Notes: a model not told the origin generated them from the letters alone. Counted from the first letter of the stretch, positions 11,259 to 24,030 are shown. The stretch is DNA of 64,000 bases from Octopus sinensis (GCF_006345805.1 NC_042997.1:131130001-131194000); one strand, 5' to 3'. Program-made: numbers and translations.

Positions 11259-12005
11259 GTACAGGACGTCACAAAATGTAAACAACATGAAATACAAAGA
11301 CAAACTTGGGTATGCAAGCAATGATAGAAACAAATGGAAAACAAGACAAGTAACATAAAGAACGACCCTTCATCAGTTGTTGGCTCTCCATCTACTCCTC
11401 ATTTCAAGCAATTAACAACAATATGAGGCTTCGAAAGCCAGTCGCTCCCACGAACCAAAATAAAATTTGGGATTTGGGGAGGGTCAAAGTTGGTAACAAA
11501 AACAGGACACTGGAGACATACAACAAACCAAACAAAAACAAACATGGAGAGCTGTTAGGCCAGATGAGGCAAGGTAGCAAACACTGGAGGAATATTGTCT
11601 TTGACAAGGGAAAAGTTAGAAGAGGAGACAGATGAAAATGTGTCTGGTCTCTGTGACAGACTGAAGGAAAAGAAAGACGATCATGTGAGGAAAAGAAAGA
11701 TGGATGATGGTCAGATGTGAGCAATGAGAGAAGGTAAAGGAGAAAGAAGGAGAGAGAGAGAGGGTGAGAGACAGACAATAAAAACAGTGAAGGGGTGAGA
11801 GCAACTGCCTTTCGAAGCCTCATATTGTTGTTAATTGCTTGAAATGAGGAGTAGATGGACAGCCAACAACTGATAAAAGGTCGTTCTTTATATTACTTAT
11901 CTTGTTTTTGATTTGTTCCTCTCGTTGCTTACATACCTAAGTTTGTCTTTGTATTTCATGTTGTTTTCATATTTCACTTTGTTTTCATTTTGTGATGTCC
12001 TGTAC
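11259..12005. mobile_element. Foldback element with about 190-210 bp inverted arms, (TA)n-flanked
   Basis: Arm 11259-11451 is the reverse complement of 11795-12005; a further partial arm copy lies at about 12425-12500. Confidence 0.8.
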
Positions 12006-12177
12006 CCATATATGTATATATATATATATATATGTATTACGGAGATGTACTCGCATAGCAAGTAATTTGATCTGAGATCGTGTGCTGAAACGAAAACAAT
12101 TGCAGCGTGGAAGGTGTTTATAAGCCATTTAAGAAACACACAAAAGCCGTTCGATTCACTTCAACATCTAAGTTTAA

Positions 12178-12227
12178 TTTGTCAAAATATTTTCGTTGCT
12201 AAAATCTGCGACCTGTTCACTGACAAA
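12178..12227 (-). ncRNA. Hammerhead-like fold with G3:C8 core (GUGAACA)
   Basis: UUUGUCA-GUGAACA-G-GUCGC-loop-GCAAC-GAAA-AUAU-U-U-UGACAAA: 7-bp stem I, palindromic AAUAUU stem III. Confidence 0.6.
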
Positions 12228-12268
12228 AATCCGTGCTGCCAACAGACAATGCTTTTTGTCAACGGATT

Positions 12269-12318
12269 TTTGTCAGCGAACAGGTCGCGGATTTTAGCGA
12301 CGAAAATATTTTGACAAA
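12269..12318 (+). ncRNA. Hammerhead-like fold with GCGAACA core
   Basis: UUUGUCA-GCGAACA-G-GUCGC-GGAUUUUA-GCGAC-GAAA-AUAU-U-U-UGACAAA; perfect stems I and II. Confidence 0.55.
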
Positions 12319-12400
12319 TTAAACTTAAATGTTGAAATGAATCGAACGGCTTTTGTGTGTTTCTTAAATGGCTTATAAACACCTTCCACACTGCAATTGT

Positions 12401-12431
<31 letters not shown>

Positions 12432-12773
12432 GAAAACAAAGTGAAATATGAAAACAACATGAAATACAAAGACAAACTTGGGTATGTAAGCAACGAGAGG
12501 TGTAGGGAAATAGAGTAGTGTGTGTATATGTGTGTGTTTGTTTATAGGATTTTTTAAAATAAATATTTAACTATACACTTCAGTCTTACTGTATGAAGTA
12601 AACAAAGTGATTACACCATAGATTTTTGTTTCTTTGTAGACAACAAGAAAATCAATCTGACAAATTTCCTATCTTAAACCTTCGAAAATGAATGATTACT
12701 CAGTTTTTGTCCTCAGAAAGACATATTACCACACAACTATTTATAGCATGAATAAATACAATTGTCATCTTAG

Positions 12774-12848
12774 ATCATTCCTTATCTCTTGACTTCAAGA
12801 CTTGTTGCTTCCAGAGCACTATTAACTGATCCGTATATTTCAGCAAAG
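12774..12848 (+). CDS. Candidate exon (IIPYLLTSRLVASRALLTDPYISAK)
   Basis: CTTAG acceptor, AAG|GTACAA donor, 75 nt, phase 0-0, only open frame. Confidence 0.5.
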
Positions 12849-13340
12849 GTACAAAATTGACTTCTTAATAGTATTGTTGAAAGAAACTTGCATCACATCT
12901 TTTTTTATTGTTAAGCATTGTCTGTTGGCACCAAAATAGAATTCTAGTTTGAGAAACTGTCCTGCTTTTAAATTTGTTGATCATTTAACTGATTTAAACC
13001 TGTTTAAAAAACAAAAACTATGGAAATATTAAATGTTGATTTATTAAAATTATCTTATCTAAGCACAGACCTATTTAACATTGTGTAATGGCAGTTTGAG
13101 TTTCCATAGCTGTAGTGACCTTTCATTACCTTATTTCTTGACCTCCTTCTATTCTTTGCCTCTGGCAAACCACATCCCCTTTTCTGTTAAGAGGAATTCT
13201 AATTCTTTCAGGAAGTTGGGTGTGGATTTAATAGAAAAGACAAGTCTGAACAGGAAAGTACCTTCAGAGAGAACATAGAAATAAGGATTGGCCACTATTT
13301 TGATAAATTATACATTTGACAATTTGTTTAAGAATTACAG

Positions 13341-13430
13341 AGAGTAGGCTCATATTCATATGCTTCAGTACAGAGCAAGCATTCAGCCGCAGGGGTCAAT
13401 GTCCTACCAATTGCTAACATTGGAAATTTA
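13341..13430 (+). CDS. Candidate exon (RVGSYSYASVQSKHSAAGVNVLPIANIGNL)
   Basis: TTACAG acceptor, GTGAGT consensus donor, 90 nt, phase 0-0, only open frame. Confidence 0.6.
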
Positions 13431-13744
13431 GTGAGTAATGTGAATTACAAACAGCAGTGGCAGTGAGAGTGAATACAAATATTTGTACTTTATGCAAATG
13501 TTATTGCAGAATCTCCATAGATTATTTGGGATTACATGGAGCTTCTTACCACTTACTATATTTGAGGGCATATAAGATTCACTCGCCCCCCCCCCTCCCT
13601 CCAAAACTCATCCTGGGTCCTATATGTAAACTTGGGCCTAGTTAATGCTCTAAAAACATTTTTTTCTGTATAGGCTTTGCTGAAATTGGGATACAACTAA
13701 TACGCCTGTGTGTCATTTATGCCATCAAATATGGTAGTACTGAA

Positions 13745-13960
13745 GGCGGCGAGCTGGCAGAAATGTTAACACACCAGGTGAAATACTTAGCGGTATTTTG
13801 TCTGCTGTTACGGTCTGAGTTCAAATTCCGCTGAGGTCGACTTTGCCTTTTATTCTTTCAGGGTTGATAAATTAAGTACCAGTTACGCACTGGGGTCAAT
13901 ATAATCGACTTAATCTCTTTGTCTGTCCTTGTTTAGCCCCTTGTGGGCAATAAAGAAATA
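13745..13960 (+). mobile_element. tRNA-derived SINE family A with 16-bp TSD
   Basis: GGCGGCGAGCTGGCAGAA A-box, GAGTTCAAATTCC B-box; flanked by AAATATGGT(A/G)GTACTG. Confidence 0.92.
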
Positions 13961-14530
13961 AAATATGGTGGTACTGTCAAGTTTCTAAGATACTTGGGTA
14001 TCAACAACATAATGAAATGGGTATATTTGCCTCAACCAATATTCTATATGTTCTAAGGTGGTGGAACTGGAAGAATTGTTAGCTTGCTAGGCAAATGCTC
14101 AGAAGCAGTTTGTCAATCATTACATTTAGAGTTCAAATGCCACTGAGGTCAACTTTGCCTTTCATGCTTTCATGGTCAATAAAGTAAGTGCCTGTTGAGT
14201 ACTAGGGACAATGTAATCGACTTAACCCCTCCCCTGAAATTGCTGGCCTTGTGCCAAAATTTGAAACTAATATTACATTTGTTCTGGACCCAGTCATTTT
14301 GTCTCATACTGATGTCTTAGACCAGATGATATAATTATATATCCTTAGAGTGAAGGACACTTTTTACTGTGGGCTACCATTGTTGTGGTGGTGGTAATGG
14401 ATTCTTTTGCTGCAAGTCATGTCTTTAATTGTGTTGTTCTTGCAGGTTCTGCTACTATATCAGTACAACAAATAAAGATTTCCAAATATTCACTGTGACA
14501 CATCAAAAATACTTTTAACTAATTACTATA

Positions 14531-14713
14531 GGCGTAGGAGTGGCTGTGTGGTAAGTAGCTTGCTTACAAACCACATGGTTCCGGGTTCAGTCTCACTGCA
14601 TGGCACCTTGGGCAAATGTCTTCCACTATAGCCTTGGGCCGACCAAAGCCTTGTGAGTGGATTTGGTAGACGGAAACTGAAAGAAGCCCATCGTATATAT
14701 GTATATATAATTT

Positions 14714-14746
<33 letters not shown>

Positions 14747-14950
14747 ATGTTTGTGTGTCTGTGTTTGTCCCCGCAACATTGCTTGACAACCGATGCTGGT
14801 GTGTTTACATCCCCGTAACTTAGCAGTCCGGCAAAAGAGACCAATAGAATAAGTACTAAGCTTACAAAGATTAAGTCCTTGGGGTTGATTTGCTCGACTA
14901 AAGACGGTGCTCCATCAACTGACTGAAACAAGTAAAAGAGTAAAAGAGTA
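14531..14950 (+). mobile_element. SINE family B, full length
   Basis: Matches the 2117 copy along its length. Confidence 0.9.
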
Positions 14951-15284
14951 ATTACTTTTGAAGCTGTTGGTATTTGAAATCTTTCAACAAAATCGTTTTT
15001 GTCTAACTCCAATTTAAAATTTATTGAAACTAAGAAATGGCAAGCTGGCACATTGCTCTGTGATAGAATATCATTCGTCACTGTACGGGATAATGCTACC
15101 AGTGTCCTCTCTTATCTTTTCTAAACTATTTTAAACGAACTGCTTTTTATTATTACTAGTTACCTACATATATTTTATAAAAATAGTCAATATATCACAA
15201 TCAGCAGGATATGAAATATATATCAGGACACATCACACTTTTAACAAGTAACATCACCACCACTATCACCAGCCACAAAACAAT

Positions 15285-15509
15285 GAGCTGGCAGAAATGC
15301 TAGCACACTGGGCGAAATGCTTAGCAGTATTTCGTCTGCCGTTATGTTCTGAGTTCAAATTCCGCCGAGGTTGACTTTGCTTTTCATCCTTTCGAGGTTG
15401 ATAAATTAAGTACCAGTTACACACTGTGGTTGATGTAATCGACTTAATCCGTTTGTCTGTCCTTGTTTCTCCTCTCTGTGTTTAGCCCCTTGTGGGTAGT
15501 AAAGAAATA
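15285..15509 (+). mobile_element. SINE family A
   Basis: GAGCTGGCAGAAATG...GAGTTCAAATTCC...GTAAAGAAATA. Confidence 0.9.
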
Positions 15510-15589
15510 GATATAAAAATTATGGAAGTCAAGATCAGTAAACACAACATGGCCTGTAACACAACTTCTGTTACAGTTGTAATTAATGT

Positions 15590-15784
15590 TGTTACTACTA
15601 CTATTACTACATCAATTACTACCACTGCTACCATTGCCACTGTCATCATTGCTATCGCCATTGCCACAGCAGCTACCACCACTACTATCACCACCACCAC
15701 CACCATCACCACCACCACTACTTTCATTGCAGTAACTAGAGTAACTGGATCTGTCACCTCTAAAAGATGCAAAGCAGCATAAAC

Positions 15785-15816
<32 letters not shown>

Positions 15817-15840
15817 CAACAACAACAATTCTAATAATAA
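15590..15840. repeat. (ACT/ACC)n and (AAT)n trinucleotide tracts
   Basis: Direct repeats; source of poly-T/V ORFs. Confidence 0.9.
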
Positions 15841-16222
15841 TAGATGCAGCTGCAAGAACAAAAGGAGATACTGTAAATAGAAAGGCTGAGATACTTTCAA
15901 AACACTGTCACAGATACAAATTATTCTAGACAAATTACAACAACAAAATAGAATCTGAGTGATCTACTTAACATAAACAATAAGATTCTATAGGACACTG
16001 ACTTGTTGCACTGAATCTTACTAAAGATTCTGCTTGTGCTGCAAGTATTTCTTCAGCATGGCTGTGTGGCAAGAGGTTTGCTTTCCAGCCATATGGTTCT
16101 AGATTCAGTCCCACTCCAAGAAATCTTGGGCAAATGTTTCAAGTATAGCCTCAGGCTGTCTAAAGCCTTGTGAGTGAATTTGGTAGATGGAAACTTAAAG
16201 AAGCCTTAAAGAACTTAATGAA

Positions 16223-16449
16223 GGCGGCGAGCTGGCAGAAATGTTAGCACGCCGGGTGAAATGCTTAGCGGTATTTCGTCTGCCGCTACGTTCTGAGTTC
16301 AAATTCCACCAAGGTCAACTTTGCCTTTCATCCTTTTGAGGTCGATTAAATAAGTACCAGTTACGCACCGGAGTCGATGTAATCGACTTAATCCCTTTGT
16401 CTGTCTTTGTTTGTCTCTATGTTTAGCCCCTTTGTTGGCAATAAAGAAA
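16223..16449 (+). mobile_element. SINE family A nested in a SINE B head
   Basis: Full A consensus; a SINE B 5' part lies at about 16050-16205 and AAAGAAGCC resumes afterwards. Confidence 0.88.
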
Positions 16450-16494
16450 CAAGAATCTTAAAGAAGCCTGTTATATATATATATATATATAGTA

Positions 16495-16650
16495 ATGTCA
16501 GTGTGCACACACGACAGAGTGTAAGTTCTCTGAGAGAAATGCTGGACATAGGAAGCATTGGATGTGGCGTGCAAGAGAGACGTCTGCGCTGGTATGGTCA
16601 TGTACTACGAATGGATGAAGAGAGATGTGTGAAGAAGTGCCACTTTAAGC
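16495..16650 (+). mobile_element. RTE LINE ORF2 fragment
   Basis: SVSSLREMLDIGSIGCGVQERRLRWYGHVLRMDEERCVKKC, containing the RLRWYGHV motif. Confidence 0.8.
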
Positions 16651-16985
16651 AAGTGTCTTATACTATAGCCTCGGGCCGACCGAAGCCTTGTGAGTGGATT
16701 TGGTAGACGGATACTGAAAGAAGCTTGTTATATATATGTGTGTGTGTATGTATGTATATATATATATATGTATGTGTGTGTATATCTTTGTGTCTGTGTT
16801 TGTCCCCCCAACATCGCTTGACAACCGATGCTGGTGTGTTTACGTTCCTGTAACTTAGCCGTTCAGCAAAAGAGACTGATAGAATAAGTACTAGGCTTCC
16901 AAAGAATAAGTCCTGGGGTCGATTTGCTCGACTAAAGGCAGTGCTCCAGTATGGCCGCAGTCAAATGACTGAAACAAGTAAAATA
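16650..16985 (+). mobile_element. SINE family B, 5'-truncated
   Basis: Starts at AAGTGTCTT..TACTATAGCC and ends GACTGAAACAAGTAAAA. Confidence 0.88.
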
Positions 16986-17213
16986 GTATATATTAATGTG
17001 AGTTTAGAGGGATATGTTATCTGGGTGGATACTGCGGTAGCTCTCAGTTATGTTCCAGGTTATGGCTAACTACATTGGTTAGTATTTAACATCTATGACT
17101 ACTAGTTGTAGTCGCTCATGATGTAAATTTCTCTGATGAGTAATTCCATGTTTGCTTCACTGGATTATAATATTATCTGGAGTGCATATTTGTAATATTT
17201 ATAATGATAGACA

Positions 17214-17857
17214 ATATGGAGACTGGTACATCCTCAAAATTTATTTCCTTTTATTTTATGGCATGTCATAAACCATATTTTTATGATTACACATTTTTCT
17301 GCTGCCCCCTGAGTATGAGCAGTTGCATATGTGACCAGGAATAATTTTACAGTATTAGCTGGAAGCCTACAGCTACAGAAATCTCTGAATAACTAAGAAT
17401 ATAACATGGAACTGAACCACCCTAAAATAAAATACATCACAAGAACTATTCTTACAATTAAGTTTCTTAAGAACCCATTAACGACAATATACAAATAAGC
17501 TGGCTAATACAGTAAGATAAACTTTAGCCTAATTAGATAGAATCACAACTACAGTCAGTAACAGGCGAGAAGTTGAGTTCAACCATTGAATTTTACAACC
17601 ATATCAGATTTTAGAATCAAACTATTTTCCTCTTGCTTTCTCCTGAATCCTAATCAATAAATGAATAACTGAATTCAGTTTGCTTTGAGCCAAGCTGGCC
17701 AAAATACCCTGAATGAACATTATTTCTGGTCGCATATGCAATTGCTCATATTCTGTACTGCAGAAACGTCTGTAGGTTATCATAACCATAAAAATATGCT
17801 GTATGACATACTGTAAAATAAAAGAAATGAATTTTGAGGATATACCAGTCTCCATAT
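17214..17857. mobile_element. MITE-like element with about 135-bp imperfect inverted arms
   Basis: 17214-17345 (ATATGGAGACTGGTACATCCTCAAAAT...) is the reverse complement of 17719-17857. Confidence 0.65.
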
Positions 17858-18824
17858 GTGTGTGTGTGTGTGTGTATGTGTTTTATGTGGATGTATATTA
17901 GTGCGTGTGTGTGTACATACATGCATGCATATACAGACACACACAAATATACACACAGATGCATGAATAAACATTTGTGAATGCTTTTTTGCCAAGAATT
18001 TCATTTCATTTCACTGACATAAAACTTGTTAAATGTTAATTTTCATTTCACATTCACGCTACTAGAAAACCATTTTAATTATTATTTACCATTTATCATC
18101 ATCATCATTATTAAAGAATTCATTATTATTATTATTGTTGTTATTGCCCTTCTTCTTCTTCTCTTCTTCTTCTTCTTCTTCTTCTCCTCCTTCTTCCCCT
18201 TCCCCTTCTTCTTCTTCCTCTTCTTCTTCTTTATCATTGTTATTTTATTCTTTTTCTGCTCTGGTCTTAGTTTCAATATCGAATTACTCATGCTTAGAAT
18301 TCTTTTAAAAAGCTCATGTGAAAACCCATTCTTTACATTTTTATAGTTCTCGCCTTGAATAAAACAAGTTAATTGTGTTTTATTGAAATTTTCTCTTATT
18401 CTGAAGAAAAAGATTATTCAGTATAATTTTATCGATCCATTATAATGAAATGGAACTCTTTATGTTTTATGAATAAAACTATATTTTCATAGCTTTCAGT
18501 TCTTTTTTTAAATTCGAAATTTTACCCCACTTTTGGGCTTTCATTGTTTTCTTTCTTTAATCTTTTGGTTAGTTTGCGTGTTTTTTTCTTTTTAAATTTC
18601 TTTACTTGTTTCCTTGTTTTTGCATTTCTTTTCTTCTCTTAATCTTTCTTTCGTTAATCATTATTTTAAAAAATTGTATTTATTTATTGATTTATTTATT
18701 TTTGTCTGAGTTGAGTTTGCAAATTATACAATTTGCTGTTTTGTTATTTAGTTCCAAAATATATGATAGAAGAAATAAATATTCCAAAATGGATATCATA
18801 ATTTTTCTTACTATGGCTTTTATT

Positions 18825-18829
<5 letters not shown>

Positions 18830-18858
<29 letters not shown>

Positions 18859-19135
18859 TGTATGTATGTATGTATGTATGTATGTATGTATGTATGTATG
18901 TATGTATGTATGTGTGTATGTATGTATGTATATGTGTGTGTCTATGTATGTATGTATATGTGTGTGTGTATGTATGTATGTATGTATGTATGTATGTATG
19001 TATGTGTGTGTGTGTGACTGTATGTGTGTGTGTGTATGACTGTATGTATGTATGTGTGTGTATGGGAGTGTGTGTGACTATGTACGTATGTATGTATGCA
19101 TGTATGTATGTATGCATGCATGTATGTATGTATAA
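18830..19135. repeat. (ATGT)n/(GT)n microsatellite
   Basis: Direct repeats; source of MYVC/HTYI ORFs. Confidence 0.95.
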
Positions 19136-19595
19136 AGATCTATCATAAATGCACTTAAGTCAACATTTCTAAAGCTAGCATCATTAGTTTCACATTCAGT
19201 GTTTTTGAGAGAAAATATAGCTTGTTGTTCATAGAACATCTTTGTACTTCAAGAACAATTTTGCATTTCATGAGCATTTAAGCTGTTGTGTGGGCATTCA
19301 TTACAAGTTGTTAAATGAGGCTCACCACCACCACCATCACCACCATCATCATCATCATCATCAGAATCACCATTATCATCATCATCATCATCACTTAACG
19401 TCTGTCTTCCTATGCTTGCATGGGTTGGCTGGTTCAATAGGAGCTGGCAAGTCAGTGGACTGCACTGAACTCCAGTGTCTGCATTGGCATGGTTTGTGCA
19501 GACAGGTATAATAATTAATGCTTAATATTGCTTTTAGAATACTTATTTTCATTGTAGTATATCTATATCTATATCTATCTATCTATCTATCTATC

Positions 19596-19640
<45 letters not shown>

Positions 19641-19643
<3 letters not shown>

Positions 19644-20183
19644 GGTTATTCAAAGAGAATGAACCAATTTCATTTCGCAATATTTTAATTGGAAAAAGCA
19701 ATAGAAAACTCCAGCTAAGTCACAAGTATTTACTCACAATCAACTTTTATTTCCTGTCTTACAAGTGTTCAATGTGGCCACCACCTGCAGCACGGGCAAT
19801 ATCAATGTGATAAGTGAATTCTTCCCAGATGCGTATCAGCATATCACGATCCACTGAGTACTTCTTTGACAGTCTGGTTGAATGCTTTATCAAAGTTTTT
19901 CCATTTCCCTTCCATATCAATATCTTCTGGAATCACCTCAAGCAAAGCAAATTTATTCTTTAGTTACATAATGAACTTGCTTTTGATATGCTGATACGTG
20001 TCTAGGAGGAATTCTCTTATAGCATTGATGCTGCCCGTGCTACAGGTAGTGGCCACATTGAACACTTATAAGAGAGGAAATAAAAGTTGATTGTGAGTAA
20101 ATACTTGTGACTTAGCCGGAGTTTTCTATTCCTTTTCCTTACTAAAATATTGTGTAATAAAATCAGTTCATTCTTTTTGAATA

Positions 20184-20189
<6 letters not shown>
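19641..20189. mobile_element. Tc1/mariner-derived foldback MITE in (TA)n
   Basis: TA|CAGGGTTATTCAAA ends and about 205-bp arms. Each arm encodes a transposase-like C-terminus, DMLIRIWEEFTYHIDIARAAGGGHIEHL*. Confidence 0.8.
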
Positions 20190-20230
<41 letters not shown>

Positions 20231-20239
20231 TATATATGA

Positions 20240-20690
20240 CTGGCATCTTTGCTAGTGGAGCGCTATATGAGTGAGATCGTGGCCAGAGCAACAAGCTGGC
20301 CTCCATGCCGATGGCACGTTAAAAATACCATTCAAGCATGATCATTTACCTTTGTTGCCTTACTAGCACTTGTGCTGGTGACACGTGAAAAAACATTCCA
20401 GCAAGGTCGTTGTCAGTGCCACTGGACTGGCTCCTGTGCAGGTGGTACATGAAAAGCACCATTTGAGTGTGGCCATTGCCAGTACCGCCTGACTGGCCCT
20501 TGTACTGGTGGCACATAAAAGCACTCACTACACTCTTGGAGTGGCTGGCGTTAGGAAGGGCATCCAGCTGTAGAAACTCTGCCAGATCAGATTGGAGTCT
20601 GGTGCAGCCATCTGGTTCACCAGTCCTCAGTCAAATCGTCCAACCCATGCTAGCATAGAAAGCGGACGTTAAACGATGATGATGATGATA
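20240..20690 (+). mobile_element. Family C repeat with about 4 modules
   Basis: GGTGGCACATAAAAGCAC modules plus RTE-type tail and (GAT)n. Confidence 0.85.
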
Positions 20691-20870
20691 TATATATACA
20701 CATATATATTTATTTATTGCACTAAACAACATAGACACTTTCTGTCTGACAGCAAACATTCTCTTCATTTCGTTCTTGATATTTTGGGTTTCTTCATTTC
20801 TTCCTTTGCATTATTTCAGTTTTATATATCTACCTTCTAATATAATAATGAGCGTAGTGTTTTTATATAT

Positions 20871-20917
<47 letters not shown>

Positions 20918-21099
20918 TATATACACATACATATATAAGGTGGAGGGGACAGGTGGAGGAGGAGATTAGGCTGGTCAGTTCGAAAAAGGAGGATACCCAA
21001 AACCAGGCAAGTTGGTGTGAGGGTGGTTGCTATGGTATTGAGGTACATTTAGCCAACCCCATTAACAGAGAAATGGGTTCTGTATAAAAATGTCAAGTG

Positions 21100-21713
21100 C
21101 CAATGTCAAGTGCCAAAGGAGAAACACCAGCACCCCAGGATAAAGAACGCCTTCACCATGTAAGGTGTTGTTATCTGTTTGGTGGGATATGAAAAGTCTA
21201 GTACACTGAACTTTTTAAACCCAAATCAAATGATAACAAAAGAGATCTACTCTGAGCAGCTTGAGTGGCTTAAGTCAGCACTAGAAGGAAAATGACCATC
21301 TTTGGTTTCAAGATGAAAGGCGTTCTTCCATCATACGGTATGTGCTTGGCCACATACAGTGAGGATGACATTCCAAAGGTTAGAACAGTTTGAATGGGAA
21401 ACAATACCCCACTCACCATATTTGCTGGACATTGTCCCATCTGATTATCATTTATTCTGCAGTCTTCAAAATCATTTGGGTGGATAAAATATGAATTCTG
21501 TGGATGAGGTCAGAACAGTACTGGAGGAGTATTTTTGATCACAGACAAGTGTATTTTGGAAGAGGGGCCTTGCAAGTCTACCAGATAGATGGAAGAGCAT
21601 TGTAGAAAATGAAGGAGAGTATATCTTAGATTTAAAAAGAACTTTGTTTATCTTAATTTTGAAAAATAAAAGAAGGATAAAAAATACCCACATTATTTAT
21701 GGGATAACCCAAT
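21100..21713 (+). pseudogene. Mariner transposase C-terminal half and 3' end
   Basis: KVLLSVWWDMK...WETIPHSPYLLDIVPSDYHLFCSLQNHL...LPDRWKSIVENEGEYI, matching the mariner YSPDLAPSDYHLF motif; several stops. Confidence 0.9.
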
Positions 21714-21779
21714 TGAACGAATATTAATGATTAATCAGTGAAAGATTTTCAAATCAATCAGTTGATACATTTTAGATTG

Positions 21780-22330
21780 TGGACTAAAATGTATCAGATA
21801 CCCAAACAGAATTCTACTCAGGAGGTCACTTGTACCTTGTTTAGAGTTAGCAGCTATTCAGAGTTGAAATAGATCCTGGTGTTGAAAATAAGTCTAGGCC
21901 ATGTAACATGGATTTGACTATGTTATAGTTGTGTGAGCACATGAAAGGTCATCAGAAATTGCAATGAGGAAGTTTGTGAAAATTTGAATTGTATGTCATC
22001 TATGAGGAAGGTGGGTGTTGTTTTGTAAGTGAGTTTCATATTTGTTGTGGCTGTCTTTTGTTGCTATTGAAAGAGAAAGCGACCAGCTTGTCATGTCTCC
22101 ACAGGAGGATGTTATGAAGGTCATTGTTCAGGGAAATAGAATATGTCTGATATGAGTTTATGAAATTACATACTGTGTGTGGAAAAGTTATCAATAAATG
22201 CCTGAAGATGTAACCAATATAGGAATGTGTTTTGCTGGAAATAATAGTGAGTTGGACATTAATGTAGAGAAAGACCTTATGTGTAGGGTACTTTAACAAG
22301 CCAGAGGACACACCAGAGTTAATAGAAAAT
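21780..22330 (-). mobile_element. Possible decayed LINE APE endonuclease fragment
   Basis: Frameshifted LDLFST...QGTSDL resembles the LDLF...GxSDH motif; heavily eroded. Confidence 0.35.
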
Positions 22331-23749
22331 GGTTTAGAGAGGTCTCTGTTGATACATTGTAAAAATTAACACTTCCTTCTCCAAGCCTAGATTCTCAGTC
22401 GTCCAAACCATGACGATCAACAGGCGCAAAAAAAAGTTTTCTTTGTCCTTTCAAAAATTGATTGATCCTCTCCCTTTGACCTACGACCTCAGCCATGTCA
22501 GGCGAAGTTCAAATGGACAGGAGCTGACCTATTCAGGTACAAACTCTGCTACAGTATGTCTGTCTTTCTAGCTGCCACAATTCTTATAAATACGCTTGTC
22601 AACAAAGACGAAGGTGAGAGAAAATACTGGCAGACAAACGAGAGAGGTCTACGACACGACAGATAGTTTGGGCAGACCGCAGAGACCGAAAGAAATGTTC
22701 AAAGTGCCACGATAGACTACTGTCTCAAATGAACTACATGCACACACACAAACATATTCATTCCTGATATATGACTTCCACAAATGTACTCTGTTTATAT
22801 TTCTAGCAACTCGTAGCAGTTGTCAACATTTTGTATGTAGTGAAGAATTATGTGTACCCATAACAAATCAAGTCCAGTGAATAAATTATTTTTAATTATG
22901 GATTGGCTCACGCATTTGTTTACTTTAAAGACATACACATTCTATTTGCATCTGTTTTCCATGATACACACATAACCGCTACAACATGTTGCAATGTTGC
23001 ATTCTAACATTCAACATTCTAACATTCAAGAGATTAGAAATGAGTGGAACCCTTGGGTGGGTAGGTTTAGTTGGAAATTTCAACCCAGTAAAATGTGGAC
23101 TAAAGCCACCTCTTCCCCCATCAAATACTACCCCTCACTTAGCTGAGGTGGGTTGGGGTGGGCTTTTGACCTTTTTGCTTTGCTATTTCTTATTTTTTTT
23201 CCAGTTGTGCAAGTTATTTGACAATCTCACATGTGCTAGTGGCACACACACACACTAAAAAAAGAAAGAAAAGAAAGCCCCTAGTACACACAATAAAGAA
23301 GCTGTCATAAGGTAGGACATTCAGCTTTAGAAATCAAGCCAAAACAGAAAATGGAACACAACACAGATCTGTGGCTTTCCACATCCTGTTAAACTGTTTG
23401 ACCCATGCTAGCATAGAGTACAGATAACAATGATGATGATGATGGTGGTGATGGTGGTGGTGGTGATGATGATTTTTATGCTAGTCATGGTTGAATGCAT
23501 TGTTGATGACAAAAGCAACATCATTGATATTCAACTTAGGATAGAGACAAAATATTTCCATGGAGACGATAGTGGTATGTCACTGAGGAGAGGTAATGAT
23601 TTAAGTTTATAAAGAAAGGGAATGTTTATGACACATCCCTACATTTTTGAAATGCTGGGAATGAAAGAAATTACTTGATATTTGGCAAAGTCAATGTCAA
23701 CTTGTTCTTTGGAGATTAAGTCATGCTTTTGAATGTTACCACAGGCTCA

Positions 23750-24030
23750 TACACATAGAGGGAGAAAGGTGACCAAATTAGCAATGGTGGTGGATACTCT
23801 GAAAGTATTGTTTCTAGAATAAGAATAGGATGGAGGAAGTTCAGAGAGCTGCTACCTCTGTTGGCAACAAAAGGACTCTCTCTCAGAGTGAAAGGTAGAT
23901 TATATGATGCTTGTGTAGGAATGGCTATACTCCATTGTCATTAGTCATGGACTCTGAATGCAGAAGACATGTATAGACTAGAAAGGAATGAAGGCAGTAT
24001 GCTCTGCTGGATGTGCAGCATCAGTGTCTT
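23750..24030 (+). mobile_element. RTE LINE RT C-terminal fragment
   Basis: RIRIGWRKFRELLPLLATKGLSLRVKGRLYDACV...RLERNEGSMLCWMCSISV. Confidence 0.85.

Larger units (their letters stand above)
12037..12401. mobile_element. Inverted-dimer element (140-bp arms) carrying variant HHR folds
   Basis: Arms 12095-12234 and 12262-12401, 27-nt loop, (TA)n on both sides; same family at 53665-53908. Confidence 0.85.
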
